A stretch of DNA of 63,605 nucleotides, counting the filler, from Hausera hauseri (Eukaryota), in assembly GCA_046269625.1 (NCBI GenBank). It is 12 parts of 12 records of this genome, joined end to end, with 100 filler letters (N's around TTAATTAATTAA, not from the genome) between each part and the next. Parts side by side here need not be neighbours in the genome. Positions count along the whole stretch, not along the records: positions 36,832 to 42,236 come from JBJURY010261399.1; positions 42,337 to 48,097 come from JBJURY010192971.1; positions 48,198 to 54,282 come from JBJURY010142758.1; 9 more parts are not named here. One strand, 5' to 3'. Position 1 is the stretch's first letter; each line of letters opens with the position of its first letter. Both the position numbers and the translations under genes were made by a program. Of this stretch, positions 39,504-52,111 are shown piece by piece. The notes below the pieces were generated by a model. That model did not search any database and had not been told where the DNA came from. It was given only the letters and a program-made list of their open reading frames with translations.

Positions 39504-40905
39504 CCTGTGTCAAAATTTAGCATAGTTTGGGTAGAAATATCTTGTGGATTGCTTGCAGGCACCATATGCAAGAAGTCCTTCTTTCAGATGTATTCAAGTC
39601 TGCATATGGTCCCTCGAGAGATCCGAACATACCATTCTTCATTAAGTTCAAGGAAAGATGGCATTCGATAAACCATGATGACTGGTGTTCCTCACTTTAT
39701 GATCCTCTTTTGTCAGAAAGATTCTCAGTGACAGGGGACCCTATGCAGCTGAAATAAAAATTAGTGACATACCTCAAGTCAGCAATTGAATCACCTCACC
39801 ATACACGTGACGATTACAAAGAGCTGCTGGTTTTTTCCTATGCATTTTTTGGGTGCACAGCCTGAAGGAGGATTGCATATCAGATTGCCCGGCTCATTCC
39901 ATCAAGCAAGATGGATGGTAAAGGCAATCTGTGCTCTTAAGATCTTCCTTTTCAGAAATCAGATGCAGCTGTCTCAAAGTGAACTGAACGTTCTAAAAGA
40001 CCTCCGCCTCTTCGATAGCTTCCTATATTGTTTTACTGGAATGAGACACCAATTTTTTCTCATGCTCCAAAAACTATCCAGACTTCATAAAGGAGCTGTA
40101 ATTGGGCCTACATGATGCAGCACTGACTTCTGCGGCTTTCAATGCCTTTAAAAGACATCTCTGGCATGTATCAGAACAGCTGGTAGCATTGGCATTCTTT
40201 GACAGTCGCATCTGTCCAGAGGAAAAGCTACAGATGGTAAAGAACTTGGACCTTCCAGAGCATAAAGATGGCAAGAAACTAAAACGGCTTGACAAAAATG
40301 TTTTTACAGCAACATGCATTTCTGACTATGTTATGAAGCGAAAGAAGTTTCTTTGACAGAATTCTTTCCGATGGACAACAAAGATCATAAACCTTTCTCC
40401 CAACACCACCAGCAACATGGGAGCATGATGCAACTTATCAGGAGTTTAAGGACGCTGTACAGGACATTAAGGTCGTTAATGATACTGCAGACCAGATAAT
40501 TGCCCTTGATACTAAATTTAACAGTTCTCTAACTAAGGAAGAGTTACACAAACAGTATCTACTGAAGGTGGTTGCAAAGCACTTCAAAGGTATGCCTTCA
40601 ATTTTAACCAGTTTTCATTTTAATTTATGGACACTGAACCAGTCGCTAGTTAATATCTACTGTATGATATCTCTTATTCTGACAACAGTAATGTTTCTGT
40701 TTCTAATACGTCTAATTGTGCAGTGATAAATAACTTTGAAAGGAGTTCATTTCAGTTTTCCTATGTTAAAGATAAAGTACTTAGGAGGGACCCCTAAACT
40801 TTAATGTAGACTGCTGAAATTTCTTACGTAAGTAATTCATAGTGAATGACACTAAACTGCGATGTGCCTCAAACGAAATGGAATAATATATTATTTTGAA
40901 CCACC
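39504..40905 (+). mobile_element. DDE transposon remnant, probably Sola2-like
   Basis: CVKI*HSLGRNILWIACRHH, DDYKEL, PGSFHQARWM, RHLWHVSEQLVALAFFD and VVNDTA. The terminus is ...TTTTGAACCACCC; family assignment is tentative. Confidence 0.6.
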
Positions 40906-40908
40906 CTA

Positions 40909-41891
40909 GTGAGGACAGACAGTAATATTTTTTTGCCAAAAACTCGCGAATCAGAAGAGATGTGTGGCACGGTGCATTTTCGTGATAAAGGAGGAAGCCA
41001 TTAGCCCATATTTCTGGTTTCTTCCGCCCTATATCGTCTAGCAAACGTTGTAGCAAGCCCTCGTAACATTCAGAGTTCACAAACGTTCCCCTTAAAACGA
41101 TTTCCGATCGCATTATGCTCTCACTATCAAAAACCGATGAGCATGACCTTAGCGTTCGACTTTGACTGACATGTCTTCTTAGGGCGAGGAGAACTACTAG
41201 TTTTCCATTGGGAACACAGCATTTTCGTTTCAGGATCATATGCATACATCCAACTTTCATCTACAGTTATAATTTGGCCACCAAGTCGGGATCTGCATAA
41301 AGACGACCTTTAAGTTCCATGCAAACTGCTCGTCACTCAAAAGTCTGGTAAAAAATTTCGCACTGACTCGTCTAATTTGCAAATCATTGGTTAAAATGCT
41401 TTGCACGAACCCGTATGAGACGTTTAGTTCCTCGGCAAGCTCTTGAATCGACAATCGCCTGTTTGATTGAATCATTTTTGCCACTTTTGCGCGTTTTCGT
41501 CTGTTTTTTAGGTCAAAGGACATCCACACCGTTGCTCTTTTTCAACAGATTCATTCCCGCTTTCAAGTCGCTCATACCACTTGTAAGCAGTCTTCAGAGT
41601 CACCACATTATCACCATATACTGATTTCAACATTTCATGAGCTTCTTTGGCACTTTTTAGCAACTTAAAACAAAATTCAATGTTAACACGTTGTTCGAAA
41701 TCCATGATGCGCAACAAATACAGTAAATATGACCTATAGCTCCTGAAGCTGATGTACAAGTCGCAACTTGTTTAAATTTGGTACTGATTATCTCAGTGAA
41801 TCGGACTACTGAACGTATTATTTCAAACGGATTTAGCATCAGCAGTTCCTGGAATAAAAATTCATTCACCGTATTTTTTGACCACACCTTG
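40909..41891 (-). mobile_element. mariner transposon, 3'-truncated
   Basis: EQRVNIEFCFKL, NRRLSIQELAEEL, RRVSAKF and LYHENAPCHTS. The TIR CAAGGTGTGGTCAAAAAATACGGTGAAT is flanked by TA at 41892-41893. Confidence 0.85.
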
Positions 41892-42336
41892 TATAGTGTT
41901 CTCGTTATATTCTGCCGAAGTAAAAAATATCCATCGAATATTTGGTATATACCCATGTGTGTAGTCTAAATTTATATAATAAATTGTGCATTTTTAATAA
42001 GATGAATAAAATTTAAATTGACAACACTTTCAAAAATCGAATATTAAAAAAACATTAGCTAGCGATAATGAGCAAAAATGTCATCAAAATTTAAAAATTT
42101 GTAAACATAATGGTGATGGCAAATGTCATGTGAAAATTTTTCCAACTTTTGAAAAAATATTTTTCAAGCTTTTTCTTCTTGTTCACAACTAACATTTTTA
42201 GTTACACAAATGTCGTTTATGGTTCGCGTTGGAGGTNNNNNNNNNNNNNNNNNNNNNNNNNNNNNNNNNNNNNNNNNNNNTTAATTAATTAANNNNNNNN
42301 NNNNNNNNNNNNNNNNNNNNNNNNNNNNNNNNNNNN

Positions 42337-42710
42337 CCAGATGAGCTGCATGATGTTTTGGACGATTTACCGGTCGCACCGTTTAACCAATATCCGCCAG
42401 ATTCAAAAGTGAAGAAACTGCTGATGACTCATGAACCGAAGCTGATTTACGTGGTCCATTGGTGTCTGCTTCAGTTCTACATGCAGCTCGGTGTACGCAT
42501 TACACAGTTGCATCGTGCAATCCGATTTGCTCAGGCTTTCATATTCAAGGCGTACATATACGGAGATTCAGAGAAACCAGCCGCAGCTTGTACAAAGTTC
42601 GAAAAGGACTATTACAGGCTGAAAAACAATTCTCTGTACGGAAAAACAGTGGAGAATCTGAGAAAGCGGCTCAATGTACGCCTATTCAATAGCGAAAAGC
42701 GATTGGTCAC
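42337..42710 (+). pseudogene. pPolB copy 2, part upstream of E2
   Basis: Highly similar to 3965-4320; motif B YYRLKNNSLYGKTVENLRKR. Confidence 0.85.
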
Positions 42711-44710
42711 TGTGGTGCCCACAGCGGCCGGCGTCCTCTAGCCCATTTGTTTGGACACGGCCGGGCGTCCGCCGCCGCCGCGTCGGGTCCATAGGCGGGC
42801 CCCGATCTTCCGCCTTGAAAGACGTTACGTCAAGTAGCACCTCTAGTATCACAAATGACTGCACTGTTGATCCGTCAAACGATGCACAAGATGCAGTCAT
42901 CTGTTCAGAGAAAAATACTAAAGTTATTTGTAGTTTCTACCAAAACATAAACTGAGTTTAAAGCAACCGAAGCAGTTATTGTCATGTCGAGTGCCTGAAA
43001 TTCTGAAAGCTGAACTGTTGAATTGTCTGTCTGTATTCTGTCAGCAACCTGAAGATGTAAGATCCATTTGGAATGCTCTTCAGTCCTGTAAAGTCATCGC
43101 CAATTCATCTGAATATTCGAATTCAAGTATTCAAATAGAACTTGAAGTTGTGGAACCGCGGTCTGAAGAGTACTCAATTACCAGGGAATTTATTAAGTTC
43201 CTTTTGTGCGTTACTCCACATCTTGTTCGTGACATAATACACATGGATTTGCATGGTCAACCCGGTGACCAGTTCAATACGTCAATGGTCTCTTTACCAT
43301 CAATGCATCCGTCTGTCGACAGTCTGACGAACATCATTCAAATGGTGACGGAGTCTGTATTTCTAAAACATTCCCTGAGAACCTATAGAAACATAGAGGA
43401 AAAATTCGAGATTGCTGAATTATTTTTGAAATTGTGTTACAAGTGTTGATTTGTTTCTTGGTGTCAATACGATCCTGGATTCTATATAATAACACAACTG
43501 CTCACCGAGTCGCCGTTTTTTTAAACTGTTGTCAATATTATCGAAGAAGGATTTTGCTAAGTCACAGAAGCCTTAAACAACGTTACTTATGGACCGAGGA
43601 CAATTTTCAATGAGGCGTTAAAGTCACTGGAAAGTTCAATTCAATATTCCATGGATCTGCTGTGTATGTTGTAGAAAAACGAAACACACTTGTTACCTTT
43701 GATGAGATCTGTCAACTAGGAACATAAATGATTGATGTCGATCAAACATTTTATTGAACCGTAACCGTCCATTAGTGATGGTCGGATGTAGTCATTTAGT
43801 GGTGACATCGAATTCTAGTGAAGGATTTCTGACAAATCTCATCAAATGTGAAACTTGTTAATGAATGTGACGAATTATGTATGAAGGCATTGGAATTATT
43901 TCATTACTGTACCAAACTAATTCATTGCCATAAGTATATCATGTTACCATTTGTACGTAGAAATTTGACGATTACCGATTATGATTTAATGCAGATACTT
44001 GTCAATTGCCTTGATAAATATGGCGATATTGATGACGACATATTTGATGATGAAATGGAACAATTTCGTGACAACTTTTCCATGAAATTATTCTTTACCG
44101 ATGATCATTTACTGATAACACCCCGTTCTATTATTTTACAAATACTCGTTACTTGTCTACAATATCCGACACCAAATATCGGTCAACATTTGATGGGTTT
44201 TTGCTGTGAAAATGTCAATTCAGTAAAACATAGAGCACTACAAGAAGCCAGTGTCGGCGATTTCCCAAAGACCTGTCTCCATTATTAAATCTGGTCCAAC
44301 GATTAACGAAAGATATTTTATCCAATCTTTGTATGAATAAGAATTGCGATACGAATTGTGATCCACATGCTTTGTCATCATTTTATGCCAATAATATCCA
44401 TTTATGTTTGTCATATCAAATACTGTATTTGTTATGCAGTAAAAGTTGTACATCCGTAGTCGGGACATTAACTAATGTATTTGTTTAAATAATGTAAAGA
44501 AATTTATGCTTTAGTTTGTGAAATTTGATTTTAATTAAAACGTGCATATAATCCGACACTGAATTAATTTTATTGATACTGCTTTAAAGCATTTGCCATT
44601 CAATTTCAGAATTTTATTTTGATTCCGTTTTTTTTAAATTCTGGATTTGTCGCTGGACGAGTTCATTGCCATATATTCGGCTACCCTTTGTGATTATATT
44701 TAGATCCTCA
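42711..44710 (+). mobile_element. Cargo-carrying insertion unit E2 (TG...CA, 2000 bp, 5-bp TSD GTCAC)
   Basis: GTCAC at 42706-42710 and 44711-44715; termini TGTGG...CCTCA. Excision restores pPolB NSEKRLVTYTSRTQFRRSMHIADG. Confidence 0.88.
42870..44460 (+). pseudogene. NUP205: Nucleoporin Nup205 internal fragment (cargo of E2)
   Basis: LKAELLNCLSVF, IQIELEVVEPRSEEYSITREF and ILQILVTCLQYPTPNIG..LMGF...GDFPKTCLH match remembered Nup205 segments; stops and frameshifts; no obvious introns. Confidence 0.75.
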
Positions 44711-45405
44711 GTCACGTACACGAGTAGGACTCAGTTTCGGCGGTCAATGCACATTGCCGATGGATTGGTTACGGTTCTGTTAAACAGAGAAGTCATTCTG
44801 GACCGGCCAAGTTACATCGGACAAGTGGTATTGGACCTGACCAAGTTGCGGATATATGAGCTACAGCATCGCGATTTGGCACGTTACCGGTAAATGTTTG
44901 ACGGCTGTGACATTAGTATAATTGCCCGTGACACATAGAGTTTCTTACTGCGGCTGAAAAAAGTCAATCGCGAACAGCTACTGCAGCAAATGCAGTCAGA
45001 TATGTTACTGGACACGTCCAATTACCCACCGGATATCCGTTGTACAGCAGCGCAATTACCAACAAAATTGGCTGCTTCAAGGATGAAAGTAAAGGCTGGG
45101 TTCAGTATTTGGAATGGATAATTCTACAGCCAAAATGTTATAGACTTTTAACTGACGGTGGACCGAAAATTCGCACCAAAGGAGTTCAGTTGGCCTAGAC
45201 GGAAATAAACCACGGTGATTATTGCCGTATTTATGAGGAAGAAGGACAATCAAAGCCTCTTGTATCACAAACGATTATCCGATCGATTGAGCACCAGCTG
45301 TATACGGTGACCAATACAAAATTTGCTTTATCATGAAACGATGATAAGCGTAAGCGGGTGGGACGAAATAAGAGTTTGGTGTACAGACATTGGCGTTTGG
45401 AATAA
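44711..45405 (+). pseudogene. pPolB copy 2, C-terminal part
   Basis: LDRPSYIGQVVLDLTK, degenerate motif C (DT*S), IGCFKDE and DDKR; similar to 4330-4770. Confidence 0.8.
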
Positions 45406-47821
45406 AACGCACGCATGAAATCGGTGCAGACAGATCAAATTATTGTGACAATTCATTGTGATCTGTTTGTTTTGCATAAATAATATATATTCGTTGTTTT
45501 TGCCTTTTGTTTTATTATCATTTAATTTATCTATTGAACTTAATGTGACGAGAAACAGAATGAAAAACAAACAAAATCAATAAATTTATTAACCATCATA
45601 AGCTAAAATCAAAAACAAAGTAAGTTAAATGAGCATAAACTTTCCCATATTGGTGATTTAACGCCGTGCAGATCCTTGTATCCTTTTAACTTCAATATTA
45701 GGTGGCCTTTAGCTTCTTCCGGCGGCAAAACTGCTTTTTCTGCTGCTGCTGTTTCTACACCATGTGAACTGACAATTTTCGCCATATTTCCTTTGAGAAA
45801 AATCGACGATGTATCTCGGATATCGTTACACAACGCCAAATCACTGTCAACTTTTCTAATTGTGCCTTCCATCGTATCCAAATCATCGTCGCTGATCTTT
45901 TTCAGCAATAGACCATAATTCACCGTATAAGGTTTAAAGCTAAATATCCATCGATCACGAATGATTGACGAAATAGAATGACAAAGGACTGTAAAACGAA
46001 AAAATCACAAAAAATGGCCAATAGCGAATTAAAATTCAAAACGGTGAAAACTTTCCAAAATGGAGGTGACAAACCGGAAATTCAGTAAAGGCCAAAAGCA
46101 AATCTTTTATTAAAACAAAGTTTCGAGATATTTTAAACGCAAGACCGTCAAATCTGGCAAGGTCAAAAAACGCACACATATGTACTAATACAGAACGATT
46201 ATAAGTTATTTACAATAAAAGGACCGTTTGAATAAATACAGAACAGTGATGTAACGCAGTCAGTACTGCATTCGTTGCTTGAATGCACACAAAAACTGAA
46301 TCTGAGAATTGGTGTATTGCTCAATTGGCACACAGAAAATTGAATTCTGAATTACTTGTGTACATTCTGTTGATGATGTAGTCTTTGTCTGTTTCTTTAA
46401 AATTTACCGCAATCATGCCTCTATTGTTTCCCATTACACATTTTCTAGAATAACTGATACCGAATGTCATAATGACGATAAGTGAAAGCGCCAATGTCGC
46501 CATGCAACTAATGAATTCACATTTCGTAATTCTGGTAAATTCGTCAATTTGCTCTGTACTACTTTTAATGAATTTTTGATGGGTACATTTATAGTGTTTG
46601 ATGTGTTGTTTTTTGATTTCTGTTTTTTTGTCTAAATTTCTTTTTCGATTTAATTTCGTATCCCACCCATCATCTAAATCTCTGATCATTTTGACCGATA
46701 CTTCTGAATTTTCATGACGTTTCAAAATACACGAATTTTCCTTTGGACAGTGGTAAAGATAGCGATCATTCGTTTTGAAACTAATTATGATTAAATAATA
46801 TTTTTTATTTCACATGTCATTTGGCATTCAGTAAAATTATCAAAACGATCGAGAAATTCTGCTCCTTTCATCATTTTTGTATTTCGAATTCGTAAGAGTC
46901 GCAACTGTCTTATGAAATTTTACCAGATACATAATTACTAATCAGTAAAACCAAAATAAATGGAAGACTCCATGAAAGTAATTAATTATCTTGAAAAGAA
47001 AGACTTGTGGTTGACTAAAAATGATACGAAATCTAATGTTGCTTTATTTATCTCTTGTGTTTTCTGAAACTGCATGTTGCAGCAATGACATTAAAACATA
47101 CAATTTCTGTATACACACTGGGAGTAAGGGCTGAAATTTGTTTGGGCATGTCAGTCACGGCAACCCTGCCTTCACAAGATCTTTGAGCATTATGAACAGT
47201 GCTCTGCCACCTCCTCTTGCAACTGCATGGGGAGAGCTGTTCAGATGGTTAACAAAAATCTAGTTTTTGAAGCCAGACACTGGGATCGGACATAGTTCTC
47301 TGTAATGGTACATTCCCAGAGTTGTCCACACCAAACGCTAATGAGAAGAAGTAATTTGAAGGAGCAGAAAATTATATGAGTTACTATTTTTAATATGTTA
47401 ATGCATTTGTATTTAAATGTATGAAGACCACAGATTCGGTGATAGCTGCAGCCACAAGTTTGATTAATGAAGGCACAGCTCCATTTTCATCAAGAAAGTC
47501 TGCAACAGAAGAGGAGCTGAGGTCTGCAGTTGAGTATGAGACAACAACAAATGCAACTGTCCTTGAGTAAGTTCCGCTTCACTAGTCATGGTTCGTTACT
47601 GTAGAGTAAAAGGGATGGTGAGAATGACTGGGAGGGAGGCTGGGGGGAGGGGAGGTGTTAATGGCAGAATGAAATACTTGTTAATATTTTTTCTGGCTTT
47701 TTTTAATGTCAGAATATGTACATTTTGTTGTTCCTCTTCTTAAAGCCTTGACATCCTGTACGAACTACTTTTAATTAGGACAAAAGAAAAGAATAACACA
47801 ACAAAATAAATAATTTAGTAG

Positions 47822-47940
47822 TTTTAAAAATGTAATGACAGAGTAACTGTTTTTTTTTTCTTTTAAAAATGTAATGACAAAGTAACTGATTTTTTTTTTT
47901 CTTTTAAAAGTGTAATGACAAAGTAACTGATTTTTTTTTC
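47822..47940. repeat. Three ~40-bp tandem repeats
   Basis: TTTTAAAA.TGTAATGACA.AGTAACTG(T)n three times, ending just before a CAG acceptor. Confidence 0.7.
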
Positions 47941-48197
47941 TCCCACAGAAACTACAATCGTTTAAGTGATGAGCTTATAAATTTGGTGGAGAGTGGAAAT
48001 CTGTGAGTAGATACTGTTTTGTTTTTTCCTTTCAATTTTTTTTTTTGCTATCATGTTAAAGTAGATGTAGCCACTCTTGCCAAGAGGAGCATGGGGCNNN
48101 NNNNNNNNNNNNNNNNNNNNNNNNNNNNNNNNNNNNNNNNNTTAATTAATTAANNNNNNNNNNNNNNNNNNNNNNNNNNNNNNNNNNNNNNNNNNNN

Positions 48198-48380
48198 CCT
48201 AAATGGGTTAATAATTTTCTGAATTTTCCGCCAGGTGGTTTTTTTGATTCCGGTAGGAAAGGTAATTGATCATGATCTGCATGCTGAAGCCAATCGTAGT
48301 GAATATCTACCTCAAATATATATCCCGTTTCTGCATCATCGGTAATGCTCATAATATTTCATAAATATTGTTCATAATAC
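48198..48380 (-). pseudogene. pPolB fragment, divergent third family
   Basis: GYIFEVDIHY...HDQLPFLPE...KLL. Confidence 0.7.
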
Positions 48381-49594
48381 TTAAGTGACCTTGATCTGAT
48401 GTGACATTTGTGGTTGTGTGGGGTGGATAAAACATAAGTACCAATTCATGATTTCACTCAGTCGTCAAAAGAATTTTGTTTGAACGCATAAATTCAAATA
48501 AAATTCCCCATAAGAGGTAATTTGACCAGAAATGTCATTTAACCAGCGGTACTTGTGCTGTATCCTCCCCAAAGTGTAAATTGACTAAAAGAATGACGTC
48601 ATGATCAATCATTTACTCAATTTTGAAATCATCTGTTTTATTGAATGAGATGGGCATATTTGTTTTTTGTTTCAAATCTATGTTGGCAATTCAATTTCAA
48701 TGAATATCGGATAACAATATGACAAGTGTGATGAAGGGATTTAAAATTGGTGAAATGGAGTAAAATTTCATTTAGATAATTTTGATTTTATCAAAATGTT
48801 GTCACAGAATTCAGTTATTCATTTTATCCCGATTTAGTAATGAACTCTGTGTGTATGTGTGTGTGTCTGCCATAAATAAATTTTTGTTACAGTCAATGAA
48901 TGAATTTCTTTTGGACTAATAAGCCGTAACAAATTATTTCTGAATAATATTCGGCAACAAATGGAAATATTGGAAATGTGGCAATAGAATTTTGTGTGTG
49001 TGTGTATATGTCATCAAATGATGGAATAGAAAACGATTATTTGAACAATTGTGTTGAACAAAATTTATTTCTGACACACACACACACACATACATGCGCA
49101 CCTTTCTAAAAATGTTTTGTTTTTATTTGGAATTTCAATGCAAATTGGTAAAAATATCAATAAAATATTACATCACGGAATGCGTTATTATCATCAATTA
49201 TTCTTGTCCATTATTCCTCATAAGTATGCATCAATAAAGGAAAATAAGTCAAATTGACACACTTCAATAATTTCCATTTTGATCATACAAAGAGACATGT
49301 CAAACTGTCAGAGAGGGGATTCTTATGATAAATAATCAGACTGACATAGAAAATATATTTTTAGGGGAAGGCAGAGGCAGGGGGAGAAGTGAACAAGTGC
49401 CATAAATAAATTATAAATAATGTCTGTCTGATTATTTATTATAAAAAATTCTGTGTGCAAATTACAAATGTTGCCTTGTAAGAGACATTCAACAGATTGT
49501 ATGAGAACTATATACGAAACAACAGATTAATAAATCAAGGAGACAACAACAGATCCATAACAACACAATTAACAATCTGTCTCTGTCATTACAG

Positions 49595-52111
49595 ATATTT
49601 GCTCCATAATGAGAGTCACTACCCGTTGTTGTATTACCGGTCGTGTTTCATGGACATCTAATGATATTAACTACTACGTCCAGCAAATTGATCGATCTCC
49701 GGTGAGTCCGTTAGTCCATCGTCCTGTTGTTTATTAGTTGTCAATTTTTGCGTGCTGCATACAGTGCGTTGGGCATTGTCATTTGCTTGCATTTCATTTT
49801 TATTTTTCTGTTTCTCTGTTTGTGTGTGTTTAATGATTGATTAAGGATAATTCATTTATTACATAATATATACATATATATACGACCAGACCTCAAATTT
49901 CATTGCCTTTTTGTTTTGATGCCCATCGGACGTTACCTGCATGTTGATGTTTCTATTCCCGTACAATGGGCATCATCGGTAAGACCATTTCATCAATATT
50001 TGTTTTTTTGTTCTCCATCTTGTACATCTCTCTCTCGCTCTTCTCTCTTTCTCTCTCTCTCTGTGTATATCATACATGACTTAGACATTGTATGTAGATG
50101 TCGGCTCTATTCTACGAGTGAAATCTCTAAATGCTATGGAAAATGCTGTATCGTGGACTTGTACGGCATTTAGTTACTATCTCCATCAAGTCGACTATTC
50201 TATGGTAAGGTTCATTGATTCTCATTCTATCTGTCTGTTTTGTCATTGGGTCTGGTCGTGATTGTTTGTTTGTTTGCTGGCATCGTTGTTTTCATGTTTA
50301 TCATTGGTAATTGGACTATTGACTTTACATTAACAACAGCATCTTTTGATAATGATTATTAAATTATTTTCCCAAACAAAACCAAATTATGCAACACGGG
50401 CTTCTAAATGTTACGTCATTAAGAAACTGGTTAGTAAATATAACCAGTATGGATATTCCCCCTCCATACATTTTTCATGCATAACACCCCCTCCTCATAT
50501 TGCAGTAAAATTGGTTTTTTTGTGTAACCGGGGGAATTATGTACAAGTGTATGGAAGGAAAAACATATCTGTGAATACTGGATAATCCACAATAAAAAAT
50601 TCAATTTAGTAGTATAAAAAATAATTTATTGAATGAGAATTATGAAAATTACCCATGACAAATGTTGTGTGCGTGTGTGTAAGCGGCTGTGTGTGCGTGT
50701 GTGTGTGTAATTGAGTATTTTGAATGATGTTGACAAAATGTTATTTCTTATGTAGCTGGAAGATTATTTTGCCAAATACAAACATAACAGACAATCAAAG
50801 GCAATTGAAGCCGACAACAGTAAAAGCAAGACGGGTAGTAGTAGTAGTAATAACAACAGAAACTCAGAAGCACCATCAACAGAAGGCAGCAGTAATGAAG
50901 GGAAATGTCATCAAAAAGAGAGTCAATCATTAGATAAATTATTACAACCGCATAATGAACGTGTCATGAATGAGTCCAATGAAGGAATCAATGGACGTCC
51001 ACGTAGATTGTCAAAATCATTAGATGGGAAAAAGGACATATTGAGGAATAATCGAGTTAGTGAGAGGATACGACAGAATACGAAGAAACGTCCATTGCTT
51101 ACTCGAGGTCAGAATGAGGAAGGAGCGGGAAGAAATAGGAAATCATTAACAAGTAGTCATCATTACCAGGCACCATTAATGAAGAGAGGACGATTACGTA
51201 AGACTGAATCAATACCGAGAAAAGATACAACAACAACAACAGCAGTAAGTGGAGAGGGAGGAATAATCGATGAAAATAAACAACCTGGTATGACAAGTGA
51301 TGCAGTCAACATAGAATTACTGTACCAAACAACAATAGGGAATATTTATGGACAACGACCATCAGCCAATGGTGCTGAATTGTGTCGTTATGTCAGTCAG
51401 TATGTTCCACGATCATTTGATAATATCACTGATGCCTTGCGATATGCTAATGAATTATCCGATGATATCAACATAGGTCAAATGGGATCAGTACCAGTTG
51501 CGGTACATCAATATTTAGAATTAATTAAGCATCAGTTATTACGACATATAACATTAATGCGTCATCCTGATTATCGTAATCACTTATTAATGGAAATTGA
51601 CAATCAACGGGCAATAAGGGATATGTTACACACACGGGTACATGAACTAGAATTACAAATACCAAAATTGCATAAAGAAGGGGTGTCATTATTGACCGAC
51701 CATTTATGCAGATTGGGTATCAATGCTGATTCTCCTAGTAGTTTCTTCTCGGAGGCACGTAAACTAATCAAAGAACAGGCTGTTGTTGAAGCGGACAATT
51801 CTCGATTGAAAGCAGAAATCAGCGAATTACTCGCATCTCAACGTGAATTGCGCGAACACATCCGTCAACAAGATGCCCGACGACAACAAGAAGCGGCTAT
51901 CATGGCATTGCATAGCAGTCAAATGCTGGAACATTTGATGATGACATCTGTTGCACAACAACACGATTGTAATAATTCTATCCTTGGTGGTGGTGGTGGT
52001 GGTGGTGGTGGTCCCACATCAGAATATGTGACATTGTATTCACCAATCAGTAAGGCATCTAGTCCAGATCTTGCTTCTGGTACTGGTGGTGATACGTCTT
52101 TGATTTGTTGA
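49595..52111 (+). CDS. DOT1L: DOT1L/grappa H3K79 methyltransferase, 3' exons (49595-49701 or 50098-50204, then 50756-52111)
   Basis: DVGSILRV...AVSWT...SYYLHQVDYSM|LEDYF matches the DOT1L DIGTIMRV..SVSWTGKPVSYYLH.IDR.ILENYF segment. The downstream coiled coil (QYLELIKHQL...LGINADSP) is like DOT1L/gpp. Splice sites are canonical and in frame. Confidence 0.8.

Noticed and set aside
42726-42770. HDV-like ribozyme (GGCCGGC...CGGCCGGGC)
   Set aside because: A P1-like stem is present, but the conserved L3/P1.1 and catalytic J4/2 elements could not be identified.
47090-48097. Exon-like segments of an unidentified gene
   Set aside because: Splice-like signals are present but the peptides are too short to identify.
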